From positions 136,347-200,346 of the forward strand of contig OZ241837.1 in NCBI GenBank assembly GCA_965202615.1: a stretch of DNA of 64,000 nt, read 5' to 3'. Made by a program: the position numbers and the translations under genes. Shown one piece after another: positions 1-10,172 of the stretch (the stretch's first letter is position 1; the number at the start of each line of letters is the position of its first letter). The notes beneath the pieces are model-generated. The model worked only from the letters and a program-made list of their open reading frames with translations. It ran no database searches and was not told where the DNA came from. Origin of the DNA: Arenicellales bacterium (lineage in GTDB: Bacteria; Pseudomonadota; Gammaproteobacteria; Arenicellales; JAJDZL01).

Positions 1-675
1 CAGTGGCTTATCAAGCGCATTAGCGACCAGCAACTGTATTTCAGATGGGTGCTGCGTCGAGGAGTGAATGACCATGTCACCGCCTTCTCGCGGCACCGCC
101 ATCGAAGCCTGACCTTCAAGATAAAAGTGATCCTGGCCACCGCATCTGATCGTACCCTTGAGCTGATGCGGCGACCCTTCGATCGCTTGCATGGCATCAC
201 CCCGACTGATGGTCGATGATGGCAATACAAAAGATTTACGCGCCAGGGCCTGTTCGATTGACAGTATTGGCTGTTCAATCTCGTACTCGATGAGCGCCTT
301 TTCACACGCCAGGCGGGCTTCAATCTCGGACTCAGCGGCTACCGCGAACAGTACCTGACCTGCAAATTCGACCTTGTTTTCGGCGAAAATCGGATCATCC
401 CCGATCGTTGGACTGCAGTCGTTCTTGCCGGGTATTGATTCGGCATCGAACACTGCAACGACTCCGGGTGATCCGGGAATTGCACTGGTGTCGATGGAAA
501 CGATGCGGGCCGCAGCATGCGGGCTGAGCGCAGTCCAGATGTGCAGCAGTCCCCTGGGCTCGGGTATGTCGTCAACGTAAACGGCTTCACCGGATACGTG
601 TCGCACGGCGCTATCGTGCGCGATCGGCTGATGCACCGTCGCCGGACTCAAGTTATCCCGCGGACGATCAAGCAT
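1..675 (-). CDS. xdhB: xanthine dehydrogenase molybdopterin-binding large subunit, N-terminal ~225 codons (remainder lies outside the window)
   Basis: The reverse frame is open from the window edge to an ATG at 675..673, where ATGCTTGA overlaps the xdhA stop. My translation MLDRPRDNLSPATVHQPIAHDSAVRHVSGEAVYVDDIPEP...GGQDHFYLEGQ is typical of an XdhB N-terminus. It is absent from the ORF track because the window edge truncates it. Confidence 0.85.
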   Translation of the reverse strand, partial: MLDRPRDNLSPATVHQPIAHDSAVRHVSGEAVYVDDIPEPRGLLHIWTALSPHAAARIVSIDTSAIPGSPGVVAVFDAESIPGKNDCSPTIGDDPIFAENKVEFAGQVLFAVAAESEIEARLACEKALIEYEIEQPILSIEQALARKSFVLPSSTISRGDAMQAIEGSPHQLKGTIRCGGQDHFYLEGQASMAVPREGGDMVIHSSTQHPSEIQLLVANALDKPL

Positions 676-2128
676 GACCGGCTTCCCAGATGCTGGTTGT
701 ATCGCGCCCGTTCAGTTCGTTCGCCATACGTTCGAGCAAAGTGCCCGCGACCAGGGCTCGGTAAGCGGCACCACCTCTGAAATCCGTAATGGGTGCGAAG
801 TCGGACTTCAACGCGGATTTGGCTTCCTCGATGGTGTCTTTTGATAATTGCGATCCTTTCAAGATGCGCTCACAGGCAATCGCCCGTCGCGGTGTTGCAG
901 CCATCCCGCCATAGCAGATCCTTGCGGATTCTACGCGTCCCAACCTTCGCACAATGGAAAAAGCACCGCATACCGCTGAAATATCCTGGTGAAAGCGCTT
1001 GGAAATTTTATAGATTCTGAAATCCTGTCCTGCGCTCGGCAATGGCAGATCAATGCGCTCCAGGAACTCTCCGGGCGCCAAATCCTGTTTCCCATAATCT
1101 AGAAAGAAATCTTCAGCTGGCAGTGTACGGGATTTTTCGGCATCGGTAATGATCAACTGGGCGTTCAGCGCCACCAGTGCCGGCAGACTGTCGCCGATCG
1201 GTGAGCCGTTTGCGACATTTCCGCCGATGGTTGCCAAGTTACGAACCTGGACCGATCCATATCGTCTGAACAATTCATCCAGGGACGGATAGTATTCACA
1301 AATCGTGTCCATCGCGGCCGCGATGGTCGTCGCTGCGCCAATCTGGATTACACCATTCTTGACGGTCACGCCTTGCATTTCCGCGATACCGGAAACCGAA
1401 ACTACGGATTCCAGGTGTCGCCTTTGCTTCGTCACCCACAATCCGACATCCGTCGCGCCGGCAACTACACGGCTGCGTGGTTTTTCTTTCAGAATTCCGG
1501 CAAACTCCCGGATCGATGCGGGCGCATCGTAGCTTTGTCCGTCCGACTCCAGGTGAATTGAAGGCGCTGCGTCCAGCTCGGCCAAGGCGTTGATGGTCTT
1601 GTTCTGGTTTCTGTCGAACTGGTCTTCCTTGCGTGATTTGAGCGATTGTCGCACCGCCCTTACAATCGGGGCATAGCCGGTACAGCGGCATAGGTTTCCG
1701 GCCAGCGCGTCGTCAATCGCCGAACGGCTGGTTTCGCAACCGTCGTGATACATCGCGAACATCGACATAATAAACCCAGGTGTACAAAAACCGCACTGCG
1801 AACCGTGCTGGTCGACCATTGCCTGTTGAACCGGGTGAAGCTGTCCGTTCTCGTCCTTTAGGTGTTCAACGGTGATCAACTGCTTGCCATGCAGGAACGG
1901 CAGGAACATGATGCAGGAATTGCAGGCCTTATAGTGAAGCGCACCGTTCTGCTCCTCGGTTACCACGACGGTGCAGGCGCCGCAATCACCCTCGGCACAG
2001 CCTTCCTTGGTACCGGTCATTCGTTCAACGGTGCGAAGATATTCGAGCACCGTCATGGTCGGACGCAGGTCGCACAGCGACCGCGGCTGATCTCCAAGCA
2101 GAAAACGTACAGCGCTGCGGTCCTGCAT
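668..2128 (-). CDS. xdhA: xanthine dehydrogenase small subunit (2Fe-2S plus FAD-binding)
   Basis: The 486-aa product has ferredoxin-type motifs CAEGDCGACTV and CGFCTPG...CRCTGY followed by an FAD-binding domain. Its stop overlaps the xdhB start. Confidence 0.9.
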   Translation of the reverse strand: MQDRSAVRFLLGDQPRSLCDLRPTMTVLEYLRTVERMTGTKEGCAEGDCGACTVVVTEEQNGALHYKACNSCIMFLPFLHGKQLITVEHLKDENGQLHPVQQAMVDQHGSQCGFCTPGFIMSMFAMYHDGCETSRSAIDDALAGNLCRCTGYAPIVRAVRQSLKSRKEDQFDRNQNKTINALAELDAAPSIHLESDGQSYDAPASIREFAGILKEKPRSRVVAGATDVGLWVTKQRRHLESVVSVSGIAEMQGVTVKNGVIQIGAATTIAAAMDTICEYYPSLDELFRRYGSVQVRNLATIGGNVANGSPIGDSLPALVALNAQLIITDAEKSRTLPAEDFFLDYGKQDLAPGEFLERIDLPLPSAGQDFRIYKISKRFHQDISAVCGAFSIVRRLGRVESARICYGGMAATPRRAIACERILKGSQLSKDTIEEAKSALKSDFAPITDFRGGAAYRALVAGTLLERMANELNGRDTTSIWEAGHA

Positions 2129-2505
2129 CAGCTTCCGCGGTAAGTTGAGTAACCGTAGCGCGACAGCAGCAGCGGTACGTGATAGTGCTGTTCGGGATCA
2201 GAAATTCCGAACCGAATCACGACCTGGTCCAGGAATTTCAGCTCGCTCATGACATCGTCACCTGAACCAAAGTAGTCACCGGCATGAAAAATGATTTCGT
2301 ACAGGCCCCTGGCGAACGCGTCTCCTTCCAGCAAAGGCTGATCGCAGCGTCCATCGTCATTGGTTGAATCAGAGGCAACCCGTGTGCGAGTCGCGGACAA
2401 CTGATCGGAGGACTCATCGCAGTCAAGCCGGTAGAGGTCGATCTTCACGCCGCGACCGGGGCAACCGTTCACTAAATCGAGGACATGGGTTGTCAATTTG
2501 CTCAT
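2128..2505 (-). CDS. uraH: 5-hydroxyisourate hydrolase (transthyretin-like)
   Basis: The 125-aa product starts MSKLTTHVLD and ends YSTYRGS, the YRGS signature of HIU hydrolases. Its stop shares a base with the xdhA ATG (TGATG). Confidence 0.9.
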   Translation of the reverse strand: MSKLTTHVLDLVNGCPGRGVKIDLYRLDCDESSDQLSATRTRVASDSTNDDGRCDQPLLEGDAFARGLYEIIFHAGDYFGSGDDVMSELKFLDQVVIRFGISDPEQHYHVPLLLSRYGYSTYRGS

Positions 2506-3698
2506 TGTTCCTCCCGAAGCAGCGCGGCGTACCAGCCGGCAATGGTCTGGCGTTCCTCTTCTGTCATTTTTGACAGATTGCCGATCGGCATGGAGCGGGT
2601 GGTCACAGAAGTCGCAAAAATGCGGGCTGCATGCTGATTGATTTGATCGTCAGTATCCATTAATATTCCATTCGGGGCAACCGGGAAGCCAGAAAATACA
2701 GGTGTGGCGGAATGACAGACTGTACAACGTTCATGGACGATGTTGCGCACCGTATCTATTGACGCTGATTGTACTGTATCCGCTGTAAATCTTGATTGAG
2801 GCAATGTCCACGCAGCAATCGCCACCACAATCGCTGAGGCAGCAATCAACAGCCACCACTTCACACCCGGCAGATGGCGCACGTTGAAATAATGCCGAAC
2901 CAAAATGCCGGCAACCGCAAGTCCGATCAGTATCAGCCAGTTCAACTCATCAGCAAAAGTGGCCGGGTAGTGGTTGCTGATCATGATGAACAGCACCGGC
3001 AAGGTCAGATAGTTGTTGTGCCGAGACCGGGTGAGCGCAGCCCTGCCGAGACGCGCATCGGGCTCATCCCCGGTTTCCATCGCGGATACGAGTGATTTCT
3101 GGGAAGGAATGATGACCGCCATCACGTTCAGAACCATCACGGTACCGATGGCCGACCCAACATGAATAAATGCCCCGCGACCACTGAATGTATGGCACAG
3201 GAGTATGGTCAGAATACAGAAATATGCGAACACGATTGCAGTCAGCAAGCGGGGTTGCTCACTGAGGTTCGAACGGCACAGAAAGTCGTAGCATAGCCAG
3301 GATATTGCGAGCGAGCCGACCCCGATTGCAATCCCCTGCCATGGTGAAAGTTTTGCAACCGATTGATCAAGCAAAAATACGTTTGCATTGAGATAAAACG
3401 TCAGCACCAGCAGCGCCAAGCCGGTGAACCAAGTGGCATAGGCTTCCCACTTGAACCAGTGAAGGTGGGCTGGAAGCTGGTCCGGCGCCACTTGGTACTT
3501 CTGCACGTGGTAGAATCCGCCGCCGTGTATCGCCCAAAGATCACCTTCGATGGCGCCTTTGGAATTTTGCCGCTCCAGTCGGTTTTCCAGCCAATTGAAG
3601 TAAAAGGACGCACCAATCCACGCAATGCCGACAATCATGTGCGCCCAGCGCAATGACAACTCGAGCCAGTCCAACAGGTGAGTTGTGATTATCGACAT
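2502..3698 (-). CDS. puuD: membrane urate hydroxylase PuuD (DUF989 membrane domain plus C-terminal cytochrome c)
   Basis: The 398-aa polytopic protein has the N-terminal motif LRWAHMIVGIAWIGASFYFNWLENRL and a C-terminal heme motif CTVCHS. It has a 4-nt ATGA overlap with uraH and lies in a purine-catabolic context. Confidence 0.8.
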   Translation of the reverse strand: MSIITTHLLDWLELSLRWAHMIVGIAWIGASFYFNWLENRLERQNSKGAIEGDLWAIHGGGFYHVQKYQVAPDQLPAHLHWFKWEAYATWFTGLALLVLTFYLNANVFLLDQSVAKLSPWQGIAIGVGSLAISWLCYDFLCRSNLSEQPRLLTAIVFAYFCILTILLCHTFSGRGAFIHVGSAIGTVMVLNVMAVIIPSQKSLVSAMETGDEPDARLGRAALTRSRHNNYLTLPVLFIMISNHYPATFADELNWLILIGLAVAGILVRHYFNVRHLPGVKWWLLIAASAIVVAIAAWTLPQSRFTADTVQSASIDTVRNIVHERCTVCHSATPVFSGFPVAPNGILMDTDDQINQHAARIFATSVTTRSMPIGNLSKMTEEERQTIAGWYAALLREEQ

Positions 3699-4107
3699 GT
3701 GAACTTGTTTTTAGTCTTTTTGGTTATCACGGAGCAACGGCCTTTTGCTCACTTTGGGTCTGTCTTTGAACAAGACAGCAAATTTGCGCAGAAATTATAT
3801 TGATTTGACCTGTATTCTGAGTTTCCTCTGCCTTCCACGGTCTCATTGGCGTTTGCACGCATATCCGTCATGTCAAACTTAATTCGTGCCCAAAACTCCA
3901 CAATTGCTGTTTCAAGCGGTAAATTCGACCCTTTCTCTTTTATTTCAATGTGATAAACAGAATAATTTTTCAATGTTCAATGAACTCGGAGGCATTTGCA
4001 CTAAAAATTTCGGAATGAATGACTGAATCAGTCAAAAATAGAAAATCTTATTGACATAATTTATATAAATAATGTCAAATAATTGACTGTATTAACATAT
4101 TGATCAT

Positions 4108-5286
4108 ATGTCAAACAATCGCTATATACCTCAAGTGCTGTTGACACAGCTGCAATCCATTGTTGTTCCAAACAAAGTCGTTGCAGTTTATGGTCCCCGT
4201 CGCGTCGGAAAAACAACATTGCTTCATCAATATGCGAATGAGCATGATCAAAATACACTGTTCGTGAATGGGGAGGACAGATATGTCCGAGAATATCTGG
4301 AAAGTGAGTCAATTGGCAAGCTTAGAGATTTTGTCGGCAGCCGACGGACGCTTATTGTGGACGAGGCGCAGCATGTCCGGCAAATTGGATTGAACCTCAA
4401 GTTGCTGGTTGACCATGTGGAAGGACTTAGAATTATCGCAAGCGGCTCATCATCCTTTGATCTCACTCAAGTCACAGGCGAGCCTCTAACAGGAAGAAGA
4501 TCCACCCTGCTCCTTCTGCCGCTTGCGCAATTGGAACTCAAAAACGTGGAAGAGGCACACGAAACTACCGCCAATCTCGAAGCTCGCCTCATTTACGGTT
4601 CTTATCCGGAGGTCATTCTTATGAGTTCCAACGAGGACCGTCAAAACTACCTGAAGGATTTGATCGCGTCGCATTTACTGAGAGATATTCTGCAATTCGA
4701 GGGAGTTCGGCATCGTGGCAAGCTAGGTGACCTTCTCCAATTGATCGCATTTCAAGTCGGTCAGGACGTATCACTTTCTGAGCTGGGCGGTCAGGTTGGA
4801 ATGAGCAAAAACACAGTGGAGCGCTATCTCTACTTGTTCGAAAAATCCTTTATCCTTTACAGTCGACGCGGATTCAGTCGTAATTTACGCAAAGCAATCA
4901 GCAAGACTCGTCGGTACTATTTCTACGACACTGGTGTTCGGAACGCATTTGTCAGTAATTTCAATCCCATAAACTTGAGAAACGACATCGGAGCGCTATG
5001 GGAGAATTACGTTTTGGCAGAGCGAATGAAAAACAACCTCTATAGCAGGCGTCTGGTGAACAGCTATTTTTGGCGAACCTATGACCGCCAGGAGATCGGC
5101 TTGATCGAAGAAACCGACGGTCGTCTGCTTGCTGCAGAAGCAAAGTGGTCTCAGAAATCTTCACCGCGCGTGCCGCGGGCCTGGCGTCAAGCACATCCTG
5201 AAAGCTCATTTCAAGTGGTCAATCCCGAAAACTACCTTGAATTCGTTGGTGCATCTCGTCGTCAGCCGATGGAAGACGAACAATAG
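4108..5286 (+). CDS. AAA+ ATPase with DUF4143-type C-terminal domain
   Basis: The 392-aa product has Walker A GPRRVGKTT and Walker B LIVDEAQ. The length and C-terminal pattern (WRTYDRQEIGLIEE) fit the ATP-binding/DUF4143 family. It is flanked by AT-rich DNA. Confidence 0.8.
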   Translation: MSNNRYIPQVLLTQLQSIVVPNKVVAVYGPRRVGKTTLLHQYANEHDQNTLFVNGEDRYVREYLESESIGKLRDFVGSRRTLIVDEAQHVRQIGLNLKLLVDHVEGLRIIASGSSSFDLTQVTGEPLTGRRSTLLLLPLAQLELKNVEEAHETTANLEARLIYGSYPEVILMSSNEDRQNYLKDLIASHLLRDILQFEGVRHRGKLGDLLQLIAFQVGQDVSLSELGGQVGMSKNTVERYLYLFEKSFILYSRRGFSRNLRKAISKTRRYYFYDTGVRNAFVSNFNPINLRNDIGALWENYVLAERMKNNLYSRRLVNSYFWRTYDRQEIGLIEETDGRLLAAEAKWSQKSSPRVPRAWRQAHPESSFQVVNPENYLEFVGASRRQPMEDEQ

Positions 5287-5475
5287 AGCTGTTGACGAAC
5301 GGGATTGCCGCCACCTGTCTGATGAGAGCCGGTGAGGGCGGCACTTTGGCCTCAATGTTCTCGAAGATGACCTGTGTTCAGTGCGTATCGCCTACCCACA
5401 AATGCCTTTGTATGCGACACTTGGTCTCCGCGCTTGGCAATCCCAACTGCCTATTGAAGAAATTGTTTTGCCCGT

Positions 5476-6993
5476 TTAGCTCGAGTCGTCATTGTCGGCT
5501 TTCTTTTCAGCGCGTCTCGCCCGAAGACTTGGCAGAACGATCAAAATTACTGCGACCGCGAGCAGCGCAAGCGTCATTGGTCTTTCAACAATGAACGCGG
5601 CGCCATCATAGAGCTGCATGGATCGAGCGAAGTTGTCCTCAAGCATTGACCCGAGAATAAACCCGATCAAAACAGGCGCGAGCGGATAGCCCGCAATCCG
5701 CAAGGCGGTTGCGACGACTCCCATTCCCGTCAGGATCAGAAGCTCTGTCGCATTGTTCTGGCCGATGTAAGCTCCCATGAGCGTGAAAAACAGGATAAAT
5801 GGGATCAGGTAGTTGCGCGGAACGCTGAGCACTTTGGCGATATATGGAATTAGCGGCAGATTCAGAATCAGCAGTATCAGGTTGCCGAGATACATTGAAA
5901 TTATTACGGCCCAAAAAATTGACGGATTGTCAATCATCAGTCGGGGACCGGGCGCGACATTCAGCGCGATCAGCGCACCGAGCAGAATCGCGGTCGTCCC
6001 CGAACCGGGAATACCCAAGGTCAGCAGCGGCACAAAGGAGCCGGTAACCGCGGCGTTATTGGCACACTCCGGTGCCGCCAGTCCCTTAAGCGATCCCTTG
6101 CCAAACTCTTTCTGTTCCTCTTTGCTGGCAATGTTGCGTTCAACCGCATAGCCCAAAAAAGACGATATGGTCGCACCTGCACCCGGCAACACACCGATCA
6201 GAAAGCCCTGAATCGCCTGCCGGCCAATAACGGGCGTAATGGTCTTGGCTTCCTGCCTTGTGATCCTCAAGTCTTTTATCTCGCCGGAACTGTCTCCCTT
6301 TTTCTGAGACCGCTTCGGGTCTAGCACCATGAAAATCGCCTCCGGCAGAGCGAACATCGCCATTGCAAGCGTGATAAATCCAAACCCCGACTGCAGATCT
6401 TGAATTCCCATCGTAAACCGCGGCATGTTGAACAGCACGCCTTCGCCAACGGTCGCCATGATCAGCCCGAGCAATGTCATCATCAATGCCTTGGCGATCT
6501 GGCCGGAACCCGCAAATGCAGCGATTGCAGACAACCCGACGACCATGAGAGCAAAATACTCGGCTGAATGAAACAGCAGCGCTACCGTGACCAAGGCCGG
6601 TGCGAATATCATCAGCAAAATCGCACCAAGCGTACCACCGGCAAACGAAGAAATTGCAGCGACCGTCAGTGCCTTTCCTGCCTTTCCCTGGCTTGCGAGC
6701 GGGAACCCGTCAAAGCTGGTCGCGACCGTCGAGGAAACTCCGGGGGCGTTAATCAGGATTGATGAGGTTGACCCACCGAAAATTGCGCCGTAATAGACGC
6801 CAGCCAGCAAAATCAGCGCAGCCGATGGATCTCCAATCGTGATCGCGATTGGGATCATGATCGCGATAATCGACATCGGGCCAAGACCCGGCAGCATTCC
6901 GATGAATGTTCCAATCAGACATCCCCCGACCACCATCAGAATATTGACTGGTGAGAAAACGGTGGTCAGGCCGATCAGTATGCCCTCGATCAT
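5476..6993 (-). CDS. tctA: tripartite tricarboxylate transporter large permease
   Basis: The 505-aa highly hydrophobic protein looks TctA-like and is followed by tctB and tctC in the canonical order. Confidence 0.9.
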   Translation of the reverse strand: MIEGILIGLTTVFSPVNILMVVGGCLIGTFIGMLPGLGPMSIIAIMIPIAITIGDPSAALILLAGVYYGAIFGGSTSSILINAPGVSSTVATSFDGFPLASQGKAGKALTVAAISSFAGGTLGAILLMIFAPALVTVALLFHSAEYFALMVVGLSAIAAFAGSGQIAKALMMTLLGLIMATVGEGVLFNMPRFTMGIQDLQSGFGFITLAMAMFALPEAIFMVLDPKRSQKKGDSSGEIKDLRITRQEAKTITPVIGRQAIQGFLIGVLPGAGATISSFLGYAVERNIASKEEQKEFGKGSLKGLAAPECANNAAVTGSFVPLLTLGIPGSGTTAILLGALIALNVAPGPRLMIDNPSIFWAVIISMYLGNLILLILNLPLIPYIAKVLSVPRNYLIPFILFFTLMGAYIGQNNATELLILTGMGVVATALRIAGYPLAPVLIGFILGSMLEDNFARSMQLYDGAAFIVERPMTLALLAVAVILIVLPSLRARRAEKKADNDDSS

Positions 6994-7005
6994 GACTGGA
7001 TACCG

Positions 7006-7494
7006 TTACAGAAACACACCCGGCAAGGGTCTCATGTAAACTCCCAGGACACCATCCACTAGGTACCAGACGACTACGCTTGCCAAGACGGCAATGAGGA
7101 TCATCAGAAACCATTTTCGTTCACCTAGAATGGCTGCTGCGATGACTATAAACAGTGTGGTCGCAACTAAAAAACCGGCAGGTCGCAGTATCAGTGCGTA
7201 GACGACCATGAGCGACAGCAACAAGACGGCTTGTCCGATCTTGTAGTCGGCCAGTTTTCGGTAATCAATCTCCACCTTTGCGGTGCTGCGAGATTTTTCG
7301 AATCCCAGGGCAACCCACAGGCTCACCAAAATTCCAGCCACGCTCAATACTTTGGGAAACGTGCTCGGCCAAATCGGATTGCGCTGCATGATCGGCGCCA
7401 GGCCGTCATCCATCGTAAAAAATGCGGTGTATCCGTAGATTACGCACACCACAAGGAAAATCAATGCAATGTAGCGGTCGAGTCCCATGTTCAC
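7006..7494 (-). CDS. tctB: tripartite tricarboxylate transporter small membrane subunit
   Basis: The 162-aa product is a 4-TM protein located between tctC and tctA. Confidence 0.75.
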   Translation of the reverse strand: MNMGLDRYIALIFLVVCVIYGYTAFFTMDDGLAPIMQRNPIWPSTFPKVLSVAGILVSLWVALGFEKSRSTAKVEIDYRKLADYKIGQAVLLLSLMVVYALILRPAGFLVATTLFIVIAAAILGERKWFLMILIAVLASVVVWYLVDGVLGVYMRPLPGVFL

Positions 7495-7552
7495 TTACCG
7501 CGCAGGTAGCGCACGCCCGTATCAGGCGGGCGTGCTCAAGGTAGTCGTTAAC

Positions 7553-8536
7553 TCAAAGGAATCCCAGTTTTCGCATCAAGTCCCCAATGACCTGTTCCTG
7601 ATTTTCCAGGAAACTGCGAAAATCGTCTCCGGAGTTATGCACGTTCACCCAGCCATTTCGAGCGCGAACCTCTTCCCATTCCGGCGTGTCGTACATTTTT
7701 GTCAACACGTCCTGATAGCTTGCCAGCATATCATCCGGAAGTCCTGGAGCACCAAAAAAGCCGCGCCAATTGACAAACATCGTATCAATTCCCTGTTCTT
7801 TCATGGTCGGGGCATCTTCAAATGCCGAGACGCGCGCGTCTGACGTCACCCCAAGAATTCTGACTTCTCCGGCATTGGCAAGTGCAACGGCTTCCGAAAA
7901 TCCGGTGCTGAGCGCGGCAATTTCTCCGGACAGCAATGCGGCCATCGCTTTGCCACCGGCATCGTAAGCAACGTACTTCACTCCGGTCGAATCCACACCG
8001 GCAGCTTCAAACACCATCGCGGCAACAAGATGATCCATTCCGCCTTGCACCGAACCGCCACCGATCGCGGTGCCTCTCGGATCAGAGTTGTAGGTCGCGA
8101 TCAGATCGCCCATTGAATTCAGAGGACTGTCTTTGGCGACGACGATCGCCGCATAGTCGCCGATTGTTCCTGCGATCAGCGTGAGATCGCGGAAATTGTG
8201 CGGGAAAACCCCGGTCAGTGAACGGATTACGATCGGGGTCGAATTGACCATCATCGTCCCATGATTGCTGTCCGCATTTTCAATCAGAAAACCGATGGCC
8301 TTGCCGCCACCGCCGCCTGACATGTTTTCATAACTTGCTTTACCGACCAGACCTGATTTCGTCAGCGCTTCACCCGTGCCGCGCGCGGTTCCATCCCAGC
8401 CGCCACCGGCGCCACCGGGAATCAGAAAGTGAACACTATCGACGTCTTGCGCCCCTGCTGAAATACTGAAAGCCATTGACAGTATCGCTCCAGATACTGC
8501 AGCACTCCACAACGACCAAATTCGAGATTTTTTCAT
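7553..8536 (-). CDS. tctC: tripartite tricarboxylate transporter substrate-binding protein (Bug family)
   Basis: The 327-aa product has a signal peptide (MKKSRIWSLWSAAVSGAILSMAFSISAGA) and Bug/TctC-like length. It is the first gene of the tctCBA operon. Confidence 0.85.
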   Translation of the reverse strand: MKKSRIWSLWSAAVSGAILSMAFSISAGAQDVDSVHFLIPGGAGGGWDGTARGTGEALTKSGLVGKASYENMSGGGGGKAIGFLIENADSNHGTMMVNSTPIVIRSLTGVFPHNFRDLTLIAGTIGDYAAIVVAKDSPLNSMGDLIATYNSDPRGTAIGGGSVQGGMDHLVAAMVFEAAGVDSTGVKYVAYDAGGKAMAALLSGEIAALSTGFSEAVALANAGEVRILGVTSDARVSAFEDAPTMKEQGIDTMFVNWRGFFGAPGLPDDMLASYQDVLTKMYDTPEWEEVRARNGWVNVHNSGDDFRSFLENQEQVIGDLMRKLGFL

Positions 8537-8890
8537 ATTTAAGCTCCTTTTTATTGAATATTTTTGTTTTCCAAAACCGAAACGTTCTTGGGAAATTCAG
8601 ATTATAGAGATTTGGTTTGACTAGTTTCTGAAGTTGGTGAACCAAGCGATACCGTCGAATACTTGCTGATAACCTGGTTCCCACAGCCAGACCGGTGAAC
8701 TTCAGGCAATAGACTATTCAATGTGGTGCAAAAGGCGTATGGGGGCGAAAGACCACTTACGCCACCGCGAACAATCGGACAACATTGGAGTTTCGTGGTG
8801 TGATCAGCGCAAACCTGAAGTCATAAAATAAGCGGAACAGGATAGTCCAGGCAGGAAAGAACCTGTACTGTCCTGTTTCCAACATTTGCA

Positions 8891-10126
8891 ATGTCTGAAG
8901 AGGGTAATCTAGTGGAAAAACGGCCACAAACCGCTCGGGAAATGGGAATCATGCAGGGGTTCCCTCCTCCCGTCGAAAAACAAGTCACCTTGGACAACTG
9001 GGACCGTCCCCCATTCAATCGCTGGGCGTTTCAGCGCGTGCGGGAAGTTATGCCCACGACCGCGGTTTCCAGAGGAAACGGCCCTGCCTGGCAGCTCGCT
9101 GCAGATGATCAGGATTTTGATGATCTGAAAGTCATTCATCCAAGAAACGGAATTTGCAGGTCAGTCAAAGAAATTCTTGAGCAAACCTATACGGATGGAT
9201 TCGTGGTGATTCATGGAGATCAAATCGTCTATGAACGCTACTTTAACGACATGGTTGCAACGACCCTGCACCTGTCGCAATCAGTCGCCAAGTCGGTAAC
9301 GGCCTCGGTTTGCGGCATTCTGATTCACCAAGGCGTGATTGACCGCGATGCACCGCTATCGACCTTGATTCCCGAACTTCGAAACAGTGGCTACGCCGAT
9401 GCGAATTTGCGTCAAGTGATGGATATGCGCAGCGGTGTCCAATTCAGTGAGGAATACACGAACCCCGATTCCGATATTGCGCTTGTAGACTACGCCGCAG
9501 GCTGGAAGCCTCGTCGCGAAAACTCACATAGATGTGTGTTGGACATCCCGTGCACACTTTCGAAGGCAAGAGAACACGGTGGCCACTTTGAATACCGGTC
9601 CATCGAAACGGATGTGATGGCGTGGGTCATGCAAAGATCAACCGGCCAAAGGCTCGCTGACCTGGTCAGTGAATTACTGTGGCAACCCATGGGTGCTGAG
9701 TCAGATGCGAACTATACCGTTGATCCAGGTGGATATGCGCTGGCGAACGGAGGGTTCAATGCGACACTTCGGGACTATGCCAAAGTCGGTCTGCTTTATT
9801 TGCGAGACGGATTCGGATTTGCCAAGCAGATTATTCCCGACGAATGGGTGCATGAGACATTCAATGGGGGCGACCCTGAAGCATTTGTTGACTCTCCGTG
9901 GTCAAAGCGCTGGCCGCGTGGCACCTATAAAAACCAGTTCTGGGTCCGGGACATTGATCAAGCCCAGATTATGGCTAGAGGGGTATTCGGCCAGGCAATC
10001 TATATTGACAAATCAAGCAACCTGGTTGCCGCATCTTTGTCATCATGGCCGGATTTCCAAAATCCTGAATTCGTACTTGACGAGCTGGACGCGATTGACG
10101 CAATTGCTCAAGAACTGAGCGTTTAG
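8891..10126 (+). CDS. serine hydrolase, beta-lactamase/NylB-like family
   Basis: The 411-aa product has an S-x-x-K motif (SQSVAKSVT) and an N-terminal GFPP...NRWAF pattern typical of class-C-like esterases and amidases. Confidence 0.8.
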   Translation: MSEEGNLVEKRPQTAREMGIMQGFPPPVEKQVTLDNWDRPPFNRWAFQRVREVMPTTAVSRGNGPAWQLAADDQDFDDLKVIHPRNGICRSVKEILEQTYTDGFVVIHGDQIVYERYFNDMVATTLHLSQSVAKSVTASVCGILIHQGVIDRDAPLSTLIPELRNSGYADANLRQVMDMRSGVQFSEEYTNPDSDIALVDYAAGWKPRRENSHRCVLDIPCTLSKAREHGGHFEYRSIETDVMAWVMQRSTGQRLADLVSELLWQPMGAESDANYTVDPGGYALANGGFNATLRDYAKVGLLYLRDGFGFAKQIIPDEWVHETFNGGDPEAFVDSPWSKRWPRGTYKNQFWVRDIDQAQIMARGVFGQAIYIDKSSNLVAASLSSWPDFQNPEFVLDELDAIDAIAQELSV

Positions 10127-10172
10127 ATTCGTCAGGCCTGGAATTTTTAGTTGCGGTTTTGGCGGGTAACAA

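Noticed and set aside
3749-3973. A 74-aa minus-strand ORF upstream of puuD
   Set aside because: It lies in AT-rich DNA with no RBS and no motifs. It is most likely a promoter region.
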